Notes: generated by a model not told the origin, from the sequence alone. A DNA stretch of 64,000 nucleotides from Bacillales bacterium UBA5348 (GCA_002411005.1 DHQC01000013.1:133093-197092), one strand, 5' to 3'; positions 1 to 10,286 are shown, counted from the first letter of the stretch. Translations and numbers: made by a program.

Positions 1-45
1 TTATTTTACAAGCATATTTAGATAAAAATAGAAAGGGAGATTGAG

Positions 46-327
46 ATGAAAGAAAAAAATATTTTTACTGTTATTGATGATGAAGGAAAAGAAGTACAAT
101 GTGAGGTTCTATTTACGTTTGATTCGGATGAAACAGGTAAACATTATATAATTTATACTGATAATACTACTGATGAAGCAGGCAATACAAAAGTTTATGC
201 TTCGACGTTTGATCCAGAAAACGAAAAAACAGCTCTTGGAGCTATTGAAACTGATAAGGAATGGAAAATTATTGAAACAATTCTTGACAGTTTACAAGAT
301 AAGGAAGAAGAACAAAACGAGCAATAA
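46..327 (+). CDS. DUF1292 family small acidic protein (YrzB-like)
   Basis: 93 aa; the sequence pattern (FTVIDDEGKE...YIIYTD...) is typical of DUF1292 proteins found near ruvX/mltG in Firmicutes. AAGGGAG RBS 8 nt upstream of ATG 46. Confidence 0.55.
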   Translation: MKEKNIFTVIDDEGKEVQCEVLFTFDSDETGKHYIIYTDNTTDEAGNTKVYASTFDPENEKTALGAIETDKEWKIIETILDSLQDKEEEQNEQ

Positions 328-350
328 GCTCGTTTTGACATTTACCTTTT

Positions 351-671
351 ATGAAAAGATTTAGAGATTTAGCAATCTTTCTCTTTTTTTCAATAGGGCT
401 CTTCATTATTATTACGGGCTCCTTGTTTAATTATTACTTAAGTCCTGTCAGTCATGATATAATAGAAAAAGAAATTCGAATTACAGATGGAAAAGATATA
501 GAAAATATAGCTACTATGCTTTATGATGAGAACTTAATTAGAAATCCGAAAGTGTTTAAAATGTATTTAAAAATGTATGGTATTGATGAAACGAAAGTTG
601 GTACATTGAAACTTAAACAAAATATGAGTTCACGTGAGATTGCTCGTCATCTATCTGTAGACGAACAATAA
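351..671 (+). CDS. mltG: MltG/YceG-like N-terminal fragment (TM anchor plus LysM-like region only; catalytic domain absent)
   Basis: 106 aa with an N-terminal TM helix and a region resembling the MltG N-terminal LysM-like domain. The ORF stops at 671 and the next gene (methyltransferase) starts at 697, so no YceG catalytic domain is encoded. Confidence 0.45.
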   Translation: MKRFRDLAIFLFFSIGLFIIITGSLFNYYLSPVSHDIIEKEIRITDGKDIENIATMLYDENLIRNPKVFKMYLKMYGIDETKVGTLKLKQNMSSREIARHLSVDEQ

Positions 672-696
672 AGGAGATGTTTTTATAAATACTGAT

Positions 697-1299
697 ATGA
701 AGGCAATGGAAAAATATGCCGAAGAGAACAACGTTCCAATAATGGATAAGAAAGGCTTAAAATTCTTAGTTGATTATATCAAGTTTAATAATGTTAAATC
801 AATTCTTGAGGTAGGTAGTGCCATAGGTTATTCAGCTATCAATATGGCTTTAGTTAATACAAATATTACTGTTACTACTATTGAAAAGGATGAAGTTAGA
901 TATTTCGAAGCTTTAAAGAATATAAAGCGTTTTAAATTAGATAAAAGAATTAATCTTATTTTAGGAGATGCTTTAGAAATAAACTTAGAAGAAAAATATG
1001 ATCTAGTATTTATAGATGCTGCTAAAGGTCAATATATAAGATATTTTGAAAAATACTCACCTAATGTTAAAGAAGATGGGACTATTATCAGTGACAATAT
1101 TTATTTTCACGGATTGATAGAACAAAATGAAAGAATCGAGAAAAAAAACCTACGACAATTAGTTGATAGAATTAAAAGATATATTTTGTTTTTAAATGAA
1201 AACCAAGAGTTTAAGACAGAGTTTTTTAAAGTGGGGGACGGTCTTGCTGTTTCTCAAAGAAGAAAGGACAATGATGAAAACACTAGTGATGCCAAATAA
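697..1299 (+). CDS. trmR: SAM-dependent O-methyltransferase, YrrM/TrmR-like (tRNA 5-hydroxyuridine methyltransferase family)
   Basis: 200 aa with the class I SAM-MTase motif LEVGSAIGYSAI. Conserved synteny with two U32 peptidase genes downstream (B. subtilis yrrM-yrrN-yrrO). Confidence 0.7.
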   Translation: MKAMEKYAEENNVPIMDKKGLKFLVDYIKFNNVKSILEVGSAIGYSAINMALVNTNITVTTIEKDEVRYFEALKNIKRFKLDKRINLILGDALEINLEEKYDLVFIDAAKGQYIRYFEKYSPNVKEDGTIISDNIYFHGLIEQNERIEKKNLRQLVDRIKRYILFLNENQEFKTEFFKVGDGLAVSQRRKDNDENTSDAK

Positions 1300-2158
1300 T
1301 CTGTCTGATATAGATAAATATAAAGATAATGATGGATTTATAATAGGCGTTAAAGATTTAAGTTGGTTTATTCCTTTAGAACTCTCAATTGTGGAGGTTA
1401 AGGATATATCACCAAAAATAAAAGAAAAAGGAAAAGAACTATTCGTAAGTTTAAATAAAATAATATACAATCAAGATATTCCTTTATTAAAGGAATATTT
1501 ATTAATTCTTGATGATTTAGGTTTGAGTGGTATTATGTATGATGACATCGCTGTTTTTAATATAGCTAAAAATATGTCTCTAAAAACACCATTAGTTTGG
1601 TTTGGTACACATGCTTTTACAAACTATCATACTGCTAATTATTGGTATAATAAGGGAGTTAAGTATGGGGTTGTAGGTACTGAAATAACACTTGATAAAA
1701 TCAAGGAAATATCTAATAACACAGAGATGTCTTTAATGATGTATGGTTATGGTTATTTACCTATGTTTGTATCGAGCAGACCTCTAATAAGTAGTTATTT
1801 TAAACATATTGGTGGTACTAAAGAAGATAAAGTTTATCATATGTATGAAGAAGCTCGTAAGATGTCTTATCCAACATATGAGGATTCAAAAGGAACAGTT
1901 ATTTTAAGCGCAGAAATTATTAACACAATAAATGAATTGCCAATTATAAATAAAACAATCGATTACTTGATTTTAAGTAGTTTGAATATCCCTAGTGATA
2001 AATTTTTGAAAGTTTATAATAATTATATTGAAGCTATTAATAATCTTGAGGACAAAGAAAAACTTAATACTATAAGTAAAAGTGTTGCAAACAATAGTCC
2101 TGCTAAGACTGATAAAGGATTCTTATATAAAGAAACGATTTATAGGGTGAAAGAATGA
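1271..2158 (+). CDS. Peptidase U32 family protein, YrrN-like (lacks the Cys-rich U32 motif)
   Basis: In-frame ATG at 1271/1274 within ORF 1196..2158. Overlaps the trmR 3' end by 29 nt. Length and position match yrrN; the GAMC...CxQxCR signature is absent, as in YrrN-type partners. Confidence 0.6.
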   Translation: MMKTLVMPNNLSDIDKYKDNDGFIIGVKDLSWFIPLELSIVEVKDISPKIKEKGKELFVSLNKIIYNQDIPLLKEYLLILDDLGLSGIMYDDIAVFNIAKNMSLKTPLVWFGTHAFTNYHTANYWYNKGVKYGVVGTEITLDKIKEISNNTEMSLMMYGYGYLPMFVSSRPLISSYFKHIGGTKEDKVYHMYEEARKMSYPTYEDSKGTVILSAEIINTINELPIINKTIDYLILSSLNIPSDKFLKVYNNYIEAINNLEDKEKLNTISKSVANNSPAKTDKGFLYKETIYRVKE

Positions 2159-3381
2159 AACATAGTAATAAAACATTAATTAAACCAGAGTTATTAGCAC
2201 CAGCTGGTAATATTGAAAAATTAAAATATGCTATTTTATATGGGGCAGATGCTGTATATATTGGTGGTCGTAATTTTAGTCTTAGAGCTAATAATGACAA
2301 TTTCTCAATCGAGGAAATTAAAGAAGCTTGCGACTTTGCTCATAAACATAATGCCAGAGTATATGTAACTGTTAATATTGTCTTTCATAACGAAGATGTT
2401 ATAGGTTTAGAGGAATATTTAAAAACACTAGATGATTGTGGTGTTGATGCTATTATATTATCTGATCCATTAGTTATAGAAATAGCTAAGCGAATCATTC
2501 CTGAAATGGAATTACATATTAGTACTCAACAATCAACAATTAATTATGAAGCAGCAAACTATTGGAAAAGTGAAGGAGTTAAACGTGTTATTTTAGGACG
2601 TGAAGCATCTGGATCAGATATAAAGGAAATTATTGATAAGACTGGTCTAGATATAGAGATTTTCATTCACGGAGCAATGTGCAGTGGCTATAGTGGGAAA
2701 TGTTGTTTATCAAACTATTTCACTATGAGGGACTCTAATCGTGGTGGTTGTAGTCAGATATGCCGCTGGAATTTCACGTTGCAAGATGAATTAAAAAATG
2801 ATGTTGAGGCAAATGTGGGTTATGCCATTGCACCTAAAGATCTTTCTATGTTAAAATACTTAACAAACCTAATTGATATGGGTGTAAAATCTTTCAAGAT
2901 TGAAGGTAGAATGAGGTCAATATATTATGTATCGACTATCCTGCATACTTATAGAAGGGTGATTGATGAATATTGTAATAATCCAGAGTCTTACGAATAT
3001 AATAAAAATTATGAAAAAATACTTTATCGATGTGCAAATCGCGATGCTATACCCCAATATTTTGATCATAAGTCAGGCTTGGAAGAACAATACTATATGG
3101 GGAGGGCCGAAGTATCTAATCAAGATTTCTTAGGTGTTGTGTTAGGATATGATAAAATTAAGCACGAAGCTATTATAGAACAACGTAATTTCTTTAGCCC
3201 AGGTGATAAAGTAGAAATATTTGGTCCTAAAATAGATAACTATTCTTTTAAAATAGAATATATTAAAGATGATGAAGGAAACATTTTGGATGCAGCTAGA
3301 CATCCAAGACAAGTAGTAAAAATACCATTAGAAAAGAAAGTAAACAAAGATGATTTAATGAGAGTTAAAATTACCGGTTGA
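2155..3381 (+). CDS. Peptidase U32 family protein, YrrO/TrhP-like (tRNA U34 hydroxylation-associated)
   Basis: 408 aa; carries the U32 signature IHGAMCSGYSGKCCLS...NRGGCSQICRW. ATGA overlap with the upstream gene. Confidence 0.8.
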   Translation: MKHSNKTLIKPELLAPAGNIEKLKYAILYGADAVYIGGRNFSLRANNDNFSIEEIKEACDFAHKHNARVYVTVNIVFHNEDVIGLEEYLKTLDDCGVDAIILSDPLVIEIAKRIIPEMELHISTQQSTINYEAANYWKSEGVKRVILGREASGSDIKEIIDKTGLDIEIFIHGAMCSGYSGKCCLSNYFTMRDSNRGGCSQICRWNFTLQDELKNDVEANVGYAIAPKDLSMLKYLTNLIDMGVKSFKIEGRMRSIYYVSTILHTYRRVIDEYCNNPESYEYNKNYEKILYRCANRDAIPQYFDHKSGLEEQYYMGRAEVSNQDFLGVVLGYDKIKHEAIIEQRNFFSPGDKVEIFGPKIDNYSFKIEYIKDDEGNILDAARHPRQVVKIPLEKKVNKDDLMRVKITG

Positions 3382-3436
3382 CATAATCAGTAATTTGTAG
3401 TATTCTTTTTAGAAATCATTAATTGAGGTGATAAAA

Positions 3437-3913
3437 ATGACAAATGAAAAACAAAGAGAAATATACTTAACCCAGGAAGGTTTAGATAAAGTAAAAGAGG
3501 AATTGAAAACTCTAAAAATGGAAGAACGTCCAGAAATTATTAGAGCTATTAAAGAAGCTCGTGCTTTAGGAGATTTATCTGAAAATGCTGATTATCATGC
3601 GGCTCGTGAAGAACAAGCTGTATTAGAAGCACGTATTCAGGATCTTGAAGCTATGGTTGAAGGAGCAATAATAATAAGTAATGCCAAATCTAATGAAGTT
3701 AGAATTGGAGCTACTGTTACTATCCAATATACTGAGGATAATGAGACTGAAGAATATAAAATTGTTGGAAGAAAAGAAGCAAATCCATTTGAAAACAGAA
3801 TATCAAACGAATCGCCAATTGCGATAGCTGTAACAGGTCATAAAAAAGGTGATGTTGTAACAGTTGAAAGTCCAAATGGAAAGTATGATATCAAAATCAT
3901 TGATATAAAATAA
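3437..3913 (+). CDS. greA: Transcription elongation factor GreA
   Basis: N-terminus MTNEKQREIYLTQEGLDKVKEEL and a C-terminal FKBP-like domain. GAGGTGA RBS precedes ATG 3437. Confidence 0.9.
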   Translation: MTNEKQREIYLTQEGLDKVKEELKTLKMEERPEIIRAIKEARALGDLSENADYHAAREEQAVLEARIQDLEAMVEGAIIISNAKSNEVRIGATVTIQYTEDNETEEYKIVGRKEANPFENRISNESPIAIAVTGHKKGDVVTVESPNGKYDIKIIDIK

Positions 3914-3965
3914 GATTACTAATTGTAATCTTTTTCATGTTACAATAGTATAAGGAGGATTATAT

Positions 3966-5210
3966 ATGAGCAAACAAAAATTTATAGTAAAGATTGAAAA
4001 AGAAGACTGGGAAGGTGCTTTAGATAAATCGTTTCAAAAGAATGTTAAAAAAACAAAGATAGATGGTTTTAGAGAAGGTAAGGCACCACGTGATATTTAT
4101 GAAAAGAAATTAGGAAAAGAGTCATTATATATGGACGCAATTGATTTTGTATTACCTGATGCTTATTCTAAACTTTTAAAGGATAATAGCTTAGAACCAG
4201 TTGCACAACCTAATGTCGATATTAAGAATATCGATGACTCTGGCATTGAAGTTGAATTTGTAGTTATTACAAAGCCGGAAATTAAAATTAAAAAATACAA
4301 AAAATTAGGTTTAAAGAAACAACCAGTAGAAGTTACAAAAGAAGAAGTAGAAAAAGAAATCGATGAATTACAAAAACAATATGCAGAGATTGTTTTAAAA
4401 GAAGAAGCAATTGAAATAGGTGATACAGCTGTTATTGATTTTCAAGGATTTAAGGATGATGTAGCATTTGAAGGTGGAAAAGGCGAAAATTACCCACTTG
4501 AAATAGGCAGCAAAACATTTATACCAGGCTTTGAAGAACAATTAGTTGGTTTAAAAGATGGAGAAGAAAAAGATATAAAGGTTACTTTTCCTGAAGATTA
4601 TCCAAGTGAGGATCTTAAAGGTTGCGAAGTGACTTTTAAAGTTAAGATTAACGAAGTCAAAACAAAAGTTATTCCAGAATTAAATGAAGACTTTTATAAG
4701 GACTTAGGAATAGAAGGTGTATCTTCTAAGGAAACATTATATAGTCATATGGAAAAAGAAATTAGCTTACGCAAAGAAGAAGCTAATGAACAAGCTTTTG
4801 CTGAGCAAGTTCTAGAAGAAATAGCTAAAGATGTTGATGTGGAAATTCCTCATGAAATGATAGATGATGAAATTCACTTTATGTTGGAACAATTAGAACA
4901 AAATTTAAATATGCAAGGAATTCAATTAGAACAATTCATGCAAATGGCTAATACAACTCATGAAAAATTACATGAAGAATATGAAAAGCCTGCTCATAAG
5001 AGAGTTTTACAATCATTAATTTTAAATGAGGTAGCTAAATTAGAAAATATTGAAATAAGTGATGCTGAGGTAGATGCAGAAATACCTTTATTAGCACTTA
5101 AATATCAATTAAATGAAGAAGAAATAAAACAATTAAGTGGTCTTAAAGACGCTATTAAAGGCGATTTAAAGATGAGAAAAATATTTACTGTATTAAAAGA
5201 AAATAATTAA
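3966..5210 (+). CDS. tig: Trigger factor
   Basis: 414 aa. N-terminal ribosome-binding signature GFREGKAP and a central FKBP PPIase domain (FIPGFEEQLVGLKDGEEKDIKVTFPEDY). Confidence 0.85.
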   Translation: MSKQKFIVKIEKEDWEGALDKSFQKNVKKTKIDGFREGKAPRDIYEKKLGKESLYMDAIDFVLPDAYSKLLKDNSLEPVAQPNVDIKNIDDSGIEVEFVVITKPEIKIKKYKKLGLKKQPVEVTKEEVEKEIDELQKQYAEIVLKEEAIEIGDTAVIDFQGFKDDVAFEGGKGENYPLEIGSKTFIPGFEEQLVGLKDGEEKDIKVTFPEDYPSEDLKGCEVTFKVKINEVKTKVIPELNEDFYKDLGIEGVSSKETLYSHMEKEISLRKEEANEQAFAEQVLEEIAKDVDVEIPHEMIDDEIHFMLEQLEQNLNMQGIQLEQFMQMANTTHEKLHEEYEKPAHKRVLQSLILNEVAKLENIEISDAEVDAEIPLLALKYQLNEEEIKQLSGLKDAIKGDLKMRKIFTVLKENN

Positions 5211-5218
5211 TTTTTAAA

Positions 5219-5258
5219 AAAGAAGAGTCATAATCAAAGTATGTAATTATGACTCTTT
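5219..5258 (+). terminator. Rho-independent terminator after tig
   Basis: 12-bp stem AAGAGTCATAAT...ATTATGACTCTT followed by a T-rich tract. Confidence 0.6.
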
Positions 5259-5262
5259 ATTG

Positions 5263-5290
5263 TTGACAAAAAACCTTAAATCTATATAAT
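5263..5290 (+). promoter_or_regulatory. Sigma-A-type promoter for lon
   Basis: TTGACA (5263-5268), a 16-17-nt spacer, then TATAAT (5285-5290). Confidence 0.55.
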
Positions 5291-5370
5291 AAAGGGTATT
5301 AAAAAAAGAGGAAGAAAAATCTTTTATTATAAAAAATTAGAGCAATATAAATTCCTTGGGAGGTGCCTTA

Positions 5371-7701
5371 ATGGTTAAAACTAGTTTACCAGTTATCCTG
5401 CTTAGGGGCGTGGTGTTATTACCATATTCAGAAATTAGATTAGAAGTAAATAATGATATTGATAGAGAGATATTTAAATTAGCTGAAGAAAATCACAATA
5501 ATAACATTTTGATTGTGCCACTTACTAATCCTCTTGATGAATCTTTAAATATTAGTGAACTACCTAAAATAGCAGTAATTGGCAAAATTAATTTAAAAAT
5601 GGAATTACAGAATGGTCTTACAAGAGCAGTAATTACAGGTTTGAATAGAGTGTCAGTTTATAATTATTCTATTTATGATGATAATGCAAAAATTTTAAAA
5701 GCAGATATTGGCAGTACAACTCAATTTGCAATTACACCAAAGGATGAAGCGGCATTAACAAGTAAGTTGATAAAAGAATTTGAAATATTTATCGAGAACC
5801 ATCATGAAATTAGTAATGGTATTTTATCAGAAGTTATGGAAATAAAAAATATAGCTAAAGCAACTGATGTAATATCAGCATATGTACCTACAACATATGA
5901 GCGTAAAATAGAATATTTAAAAACGGTTAATCCTTATACACGTTTGTTGATGTTGCTTGAGGATATTAAAAAAGAACGACAAATTAATGAGTTAGAACAG
6001 AGAATAGATACTGAAGTTAAAAAACAATTAGACGATTCACAAAAAGAGTATATTTTACGTGAGAAATTACGTGTTATAAAAGCTGAACTTGGAGAAGTTA
6101 ATGTTAAAGATGATGATATCGAGGATATAAGGAAGAAAATTTCAGCTGGTGAATATCCTGTTAAGATTAAAGAACGACTTCATCAAGAATTAAAGAAATA
6201 TGAACTTTTATCATCTAATTCCCCTGAAATAAGTCTTGTTAGAAATTATATTGATTGGTTGCTTAATTTACCTTGGAAGAAATACACAGTTGATAATGTT
6301 AATATGGTTAAAACGAGAGTGGTTTTAGATGCCTCTCATTACGGACTTGATAAAATAAAAGACCGTATTATTGAGTTCTTAGCTGTGAGACAAATGAAGA
6401 AAGATTTGAAAGCACCAGTTATTTGTTTAGTTGGTCCTCCAGGTGTTGGTAAAACATCTCTTGCAAAAAGTATTGCAGAAAGTATGGGGAGAAAATTTGT
6501 TAAAATATCAGTTGGCGGCGTTAGTGATGAAGCTGAGATTAGAGGTCATAGACGTGCTTACGTAGGCGCTAACCCAGGACGTATCATATCTGGTATGAAA
6601 AAAGCAGGCAGCTCAAATCCAATCTTTTTAATTGACGAAATAGATAAGATGGGTAAAGATTATAAAGGAGATCCAGCTAGTGCTCTTCTAGAAGTGCTGG
6701 ATCAAGAACAAAATCACATGTTTTATGATAACTATATTGAAGAAGAATATGATTTATCACAGGTATTATTTGTATTGACAGCTAATTATTCAAATAATAT
6801 ACCAGAACCTTTGAGAGATCGCTTAGAAGTTATAGAACTAACAGGTTATACAGAATATGAAAAATTAGATATTGTTAAAAAACATATTTTGCCAAAGGAA
6901 TTAGACAATCACGGATTAACAGGCAAAGATATTGAAATAAGTGATAAGACAATTATGCATGTAATTAGCTATTATACAAAAGAAGCAGGCGTAAGAGAAA
7001 TAGAACGTTTAATTGCGACACTGTGTCGTAAAGTTGTAACTAATATAGTTAATGGAAATAAAAAGAAAAAAACATATAAAATTAATGAAGATAATTTAGA
7101 AACATATTTAGGCAAAAAGAAATATTTTTATACGGAAAATGATGAGGCAGACAAAGTTGGAGTCGCAAACGGATTAGCTTATACGCAATTTGGCGGAGAT
7201 ATTCTACCAATAGAGGTTACTTACTATAAGGGAAAAGGTAATTTGGTTTTAACTGGTTCATTAGGTGATGTTATGAAAGAATCGGCTAATATAGCATTAA
7301 GTTATTTGAAGAGTCATTACGACGAATTTGGTATCGACTACAAATTATTAGTAGAAAATGATATTCATATCCATTTACCAGAAGGTGCGATTCCTAAAGA
7401 TGGACCTAGTGCAGGGATTACATTAGTAACTGCTTTGATAAGTGTTTTTACAAATAAAACAATTGATCATAATATTGGTATGACAGGCGAAATAACATTA
7501 CATGGTCAAGTGTTACCTATAGGTGGTTTAAAAGAGAAAGCTATGGGTGCACATCGTAGTGGTTTAAAGAAAATAATTATTCCCAAAAAGAACGAACGTG
7601 ACTTGGACGAGGTACCAAAAGAAATAAAAAAAGATTTAGAGTTTATTTTTGTTAATGAATATAAAGATGTCTATAAATTGCTTAATTTTGACCAAAAATA
7701 G
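5371..7701 (+). CDS. lon: ATP-dependent Lon protease (LonA)
   Basis: Lon N-domain, AAA+ Walker A GPPGVGKTS, and S16 protease motif PKDGPSAGIT. GGGAGGTG RBS precedes ATG 5371. Confidence 0.95.
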   Translation: MVKTSLPVILLRGVVLLPYSEIRLEVNNDIDREIFKLAEENHNNNILIVPLTNPLDESLNISELPKIAVIGKINLKMELQNGLTRAVITGLNRVSVYNYSIYDDNAKILKADIGSTTQFAITPKDEAALTSKLIKEFEIFIENHHEISNGILSEVMEIKNIAKATDVISAYVPTTYERKIEYLKTVNPYTRLLMLLEDIKKERQINELEQRIDTEVKKQLDDSQKEYILREKLRVIKAELGEVNVKDDDIEDIRKKISAGEYPVKIKERLHQELKKYELLSSNSPEISLVRNYIDWLLNLPWKKYTVDNVNMVKTRVVLDASHYGLDKIKDRIIEFLAVRQMKKDLKAPVICLVGPPGVGKTSLAKSIAESMGRKFVKISVGGVSDEAEIRGHRRAYVGANPGRIISGMKKAGSSNPIFLIDEIDKMGKDYKGDPASALLEVLDQEQNHMFYDNYIEEEYDLSQVLFVLTANYSNNIPEPLRDRLEVIELTGYTEYEKLDIVKKHILPKELDNHGLTGKDIEISDKTIMHVISYYTKEAGVREIERLIATLCRKVVTNIVNGNKKKKTYKINEDNLETYLGKKKYFYTENDEADKVGVANGLAYTQFGGDILPIEVTYYKGKGNLVLTGSLGDVMKESANIALSYLKSHYDEFGIDYKLLVENDIHIHLPEGAIPKDGPSAGITLVTALISVFTNKTIDHNIGMTGEITLHGQVLPIGGLKEKAMGAHRSGLKKIIIPKKNERDLDEVPKEIKKDLEFIFVNEYKDVYKLLNFDQK

Positions 7702-7810
7702 TCAAATTAATATTGTTTTTTTATAATGGCTGTGCTATAATTTATACACAGCTGTTATAGTTGTATTGCAAGAGAAGGTTTTGAGCCTACATAACCTTTT
7801 CACAATATAT

Positions 7811-7887
7811 GGGGAATTAGCTCAGCTGGCTAGAGCACCTGCCTTGCACGCAGGGGGTCATCGGTTCGAATCCGATATTCTCCACCA
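7811..7887 (+). tRNA. tRNA-Ala (anticodon TGC)
   Basis: Cloverleaf with a G3:U70 identity pair, anticodon loop CTTGCAC, T-loop GGTTCGAATCC, and an encoded CCA. Confidence 0.9.
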
Positions 7888-7892
7888 TAATA

Positions 7893-7925
7893 AAAACAAC
7901 CCTTAGTTTATAAGGGTTTTATTTT
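7893..7925 (+). terminator. Rho-independent terminator after tRNA-Ala
   Basis: Hairpin CCCTTAgtttatAAGGG followed by TTTTATTTT. Confidence 0.6.
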
Positions 7926-8063
7926 ACCTTAATGTTTGACAGATACATTTTAGGTACATAAACGAAGAAACTTATTGGCTAAAGGTACTGGTTTATCATA
8001 ATTGTTTTGATAATATAATTTAAGTGTTATAATAAACATATTAATATATGATAGGTGATTAAA

Positions 8064-9125
8064 ATGAAAAGAACTAATTGTGTTATTAACTTAGGTAATT
8101 TAAGATATAACGTTGATCAGATAAAAAAACATACTGGCAAAAAAATAATTGCGGTTGTTAAAGCTGATGCTTATGGCCATGGGGCAATTAACGTAGTTAA
8201 GGCGCTCGAAGGCAAGGTTGAATATTTTGCTGTTGCCTGCTTTGAAGAAGCCTCAGAATTGAGAAAAAATGGGGTTTTAGGTTCTATTTTGATTTTGGGT
8301 CATACTGAATCAAATAAGTTTAATGAAGCAGCCAGCAAAAATATTACCATTACTATTCATGACCTAAGTCAATTACAAAATATATCATTAAATAAAAGAT
8401 TGAAAGTTCATTTGAAGGTTGATACTGGAATGAATCGAATAGGATTAAGTAATATAGATGATATAAACAAAGCTATTTCATTGATTGAGGATAATAGTAA
8501 TTTGTATCTAGAGGGTATATTTACACATTACGCTACAGCAGATTGTGACGAGGATTTTTATTTAGAACAACGTGCTAGATTTGAATTTGTAATAAAAAGT
8601 TTAGATTACGAGTTTGAATATATACATAGTTCAAATTCAGCAGCATCTATCAATTATGGTGATGATTTAACTAATACTGTTAGACCTGGAATTATTATGT
8701 ATGGTATTAGTCCAAATGAAATTACTGATTTTTCATTAAAACCAGTTTTAAGTTTATATAGTAATGTAATTCAACTTAAAGAGGTATTAGTCGGTCAACG
8801 TATTGGCTATGGCAATTGTTTTATCGCTAAAGAAAATATGTTGATTGCAACGGTATCTATTGGTTATGGTGATGGATGGTTACGTCGTAATTCAGTAGTA
8901 CCGGTCTACATTAATAATAATTATTATGAAATTGTTGGCAGAATTTGTATGGATATGCTGATGGTTAAAGTTGATGTTAGTGTAAAACTTGGTGATATTG
9001 TTGAATTAATAGGACCTCACATAGATACTGCTACTGTTGCATTAAAGACGGAAACTATTAGTTATGAGGTGCTCTGTGCTTTAGGAAATAGAGTAGAAAG
9101 AAATTATATTGAAGATGAAAAATAA
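8064..9125 (+). CDS. alr: Alanine racemase
   Basis: PLP-binding motif VVKADAYGHG. About 354 aa. AGGTGA RBS precedes ATG 8064. Confidence 0.9.
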   Translation: MKRTNCVINLGNLRYNVDQIKKHTGKKIIAVVKADAYGHGAINVVKALEGKVEYFAVACFEEASELRKNGVLGSILILGHTESNKFNEAASKNITITIHDLSQLQNISLNKRLKVHLKVDTGMNRIGLSNIDDINKAISLIEDNSNLYLEGIFTHYATADCDEDFYLEQRARFEFVIKSLDYEFEYIHSSNSAASINYGDDLTNTVRPGIIMYGISPNEITDFSLKPVLSLYSNVIQLKEVLVGQRIGYGNCFIAKENMLIATVSIGYGDGWLRRNSVVPVYINNNYYEIVGRICMDMLMVKVDVSVKLGDIVELIGPHIDTATVALKTETISYEVLCALGNRVERNYIEDEK

Positions 9126-9150
9126 AAAGTGGATATAACCACTTTTTTAC
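9125..9150. terminator. Bidirectional terminator between alr and the SEDS gene
   Basis: Hairpin AAGTGGatataaCCACTT flanked by A/T runs on both strands. Confidence 0.55.
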
Positions 9151-10286
9151 TTTCTGGAATTCCAATAACGAATCGTTTTATTTGATAAACTGAATAGCAT
9201 GCCTGCAATAATCATATAACTTATCAAACTAGAGCCACCATAACTTATAAATGGAAGTGTAATCCCTGTAATTGGTAATAACCCGATATTCATACCAATG
9301 CTTTGTATCTGCTGATATAAAATCATCCCAATTATTCCCGCAATTATATATTTGTATTTATTAACCTCGCTCTTAAGTCCAATATTTATAATTTTAAAAT
9401 CAAATAAAATTAATAAACCAATTAAACTAATAGCGCCTATTAAACCAAAATTGCTCGCATATATGGAGAAAATAAAATCAGTATGAGCTTCTGGAAAATA
9501 AATAGGTGTATTATTTATGCCAAATCCAAATAAGCCAGCACTACCAATTGCGGATAAGGCATTACCAAGCTGCATCCCGTCACCATTTTGCCAGTCTAGG
9601 AGACGATCTATACGATAAAAGAAATTAGTTCCAAACAAATTAATAAACATCTCACTTTTAAAGAAATATAAACCAAGAAAAATAGAACCTGTGACAAGGG
9701 CAATTCCTACTATTATGAAAAACCAACGATATCTTATACCAGATATTAATAACATAGCCATTGCTATAAATAAATAAATAATAACGATGCCAGTGTCTGG
9801 TTGAAGAAAGGTTAATATTGATGGAATTAAAACAATTACTGTAACTTTTACTAATAAATAGAACTCATCTTTTAATGAAGTTTTTTTTATACCTTCATTA
9901 AATTCATTGATTATTCTAGCTAAAATGAGAATTAAAAAGACTTTCATAAATTCGCTTGGCTGTATAGTAGCTATATTACCAATTGTGAACCAACATTTAG
10001 AATCATTTATGGGTGTTCCAATAAACAATAACAGAATAAGGCTTATAACACCTATTATATAAAGGACCCAGGCGTATTTAAGCAGATAATCTATTCCTAT
10101 ATACATGATAAAATATGCAACTCCAAAGCCTATAATATACCAAGCAATTTGTTTTAGAAAAACATTTCCAACGCTACTTGGTAATATTGTTTCAGCACTA
10201 TAAATTGTTACAATACTAATAACAAAAAAGATAATTAGTGGAATGAGAATTCCATATTCAACCTTATATTTTGAAATGTTCTTCAC
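9147..10286 (-). CDS. SEDS family peptidoglycan glycosyltransferase (FtsW/RodA/SpoVE)
   Basis: 379 aa polytopic membrane protein with the conserved C-terminal region ...GGSSLISYMIIAG... Confidence 0.85.
   Translation of the reverse strand: MKNISKYKVEYGILIPLIIFFVISIVTIYSAETILPSSVGNVFLKQIAWYIIGFGVAYFIMYIGIDYLLKYAWVLYIIGVISLILLLFIGTPINDSKCWFTIGNIATIQPSEFMKVFLILILARIINEFNEGIKKTSLKDEFYLLVKVTVIVLIPSILTFLQPDTGIVIIYLFIAMAMLLISGIRYRWFFIIVGIALVTGSIFLGLYFFKSEMFINLFGTNFFYRIDRLLDWQNGDGMQLGNALSAIGSAGLFGFGINNTPIYFPEAHTDFIFSIYASNFGLIGAISLIGLLILFDFKIINIGLKSEVNKYKYIIAGIIGMILYQQIQSIGMNIGLLPITGITLPFISYGGSSLISYMIIAGMLFSLSNKTIRYWNSRK

Noticed and set aside
173-364. 63-aa ORF overlapping the DUF1292 gene in another frame.
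   Set aside because: Frame-shifted overlap with a conserved gene; Lys-rich low-complexity translation.
1192-1470. Minus-strand ORFs embedded antisense within well-supported + strand genes. Examples: 1192..1470, 2103..2300, 15256..15690, 16093..16305, 16809..17090, 17458..17691, 22234..22557, 56666..56851, 58102..58299, 60895..61092.
   Set aside because: These are shadow ORFs opposite strongly conserved coding sequences (U32 peptidase, NusA, IF-2, PNPase, GAPDH, PGK, TpiA). They have low-complexity Ser/Ile-rich translations and no RBS.
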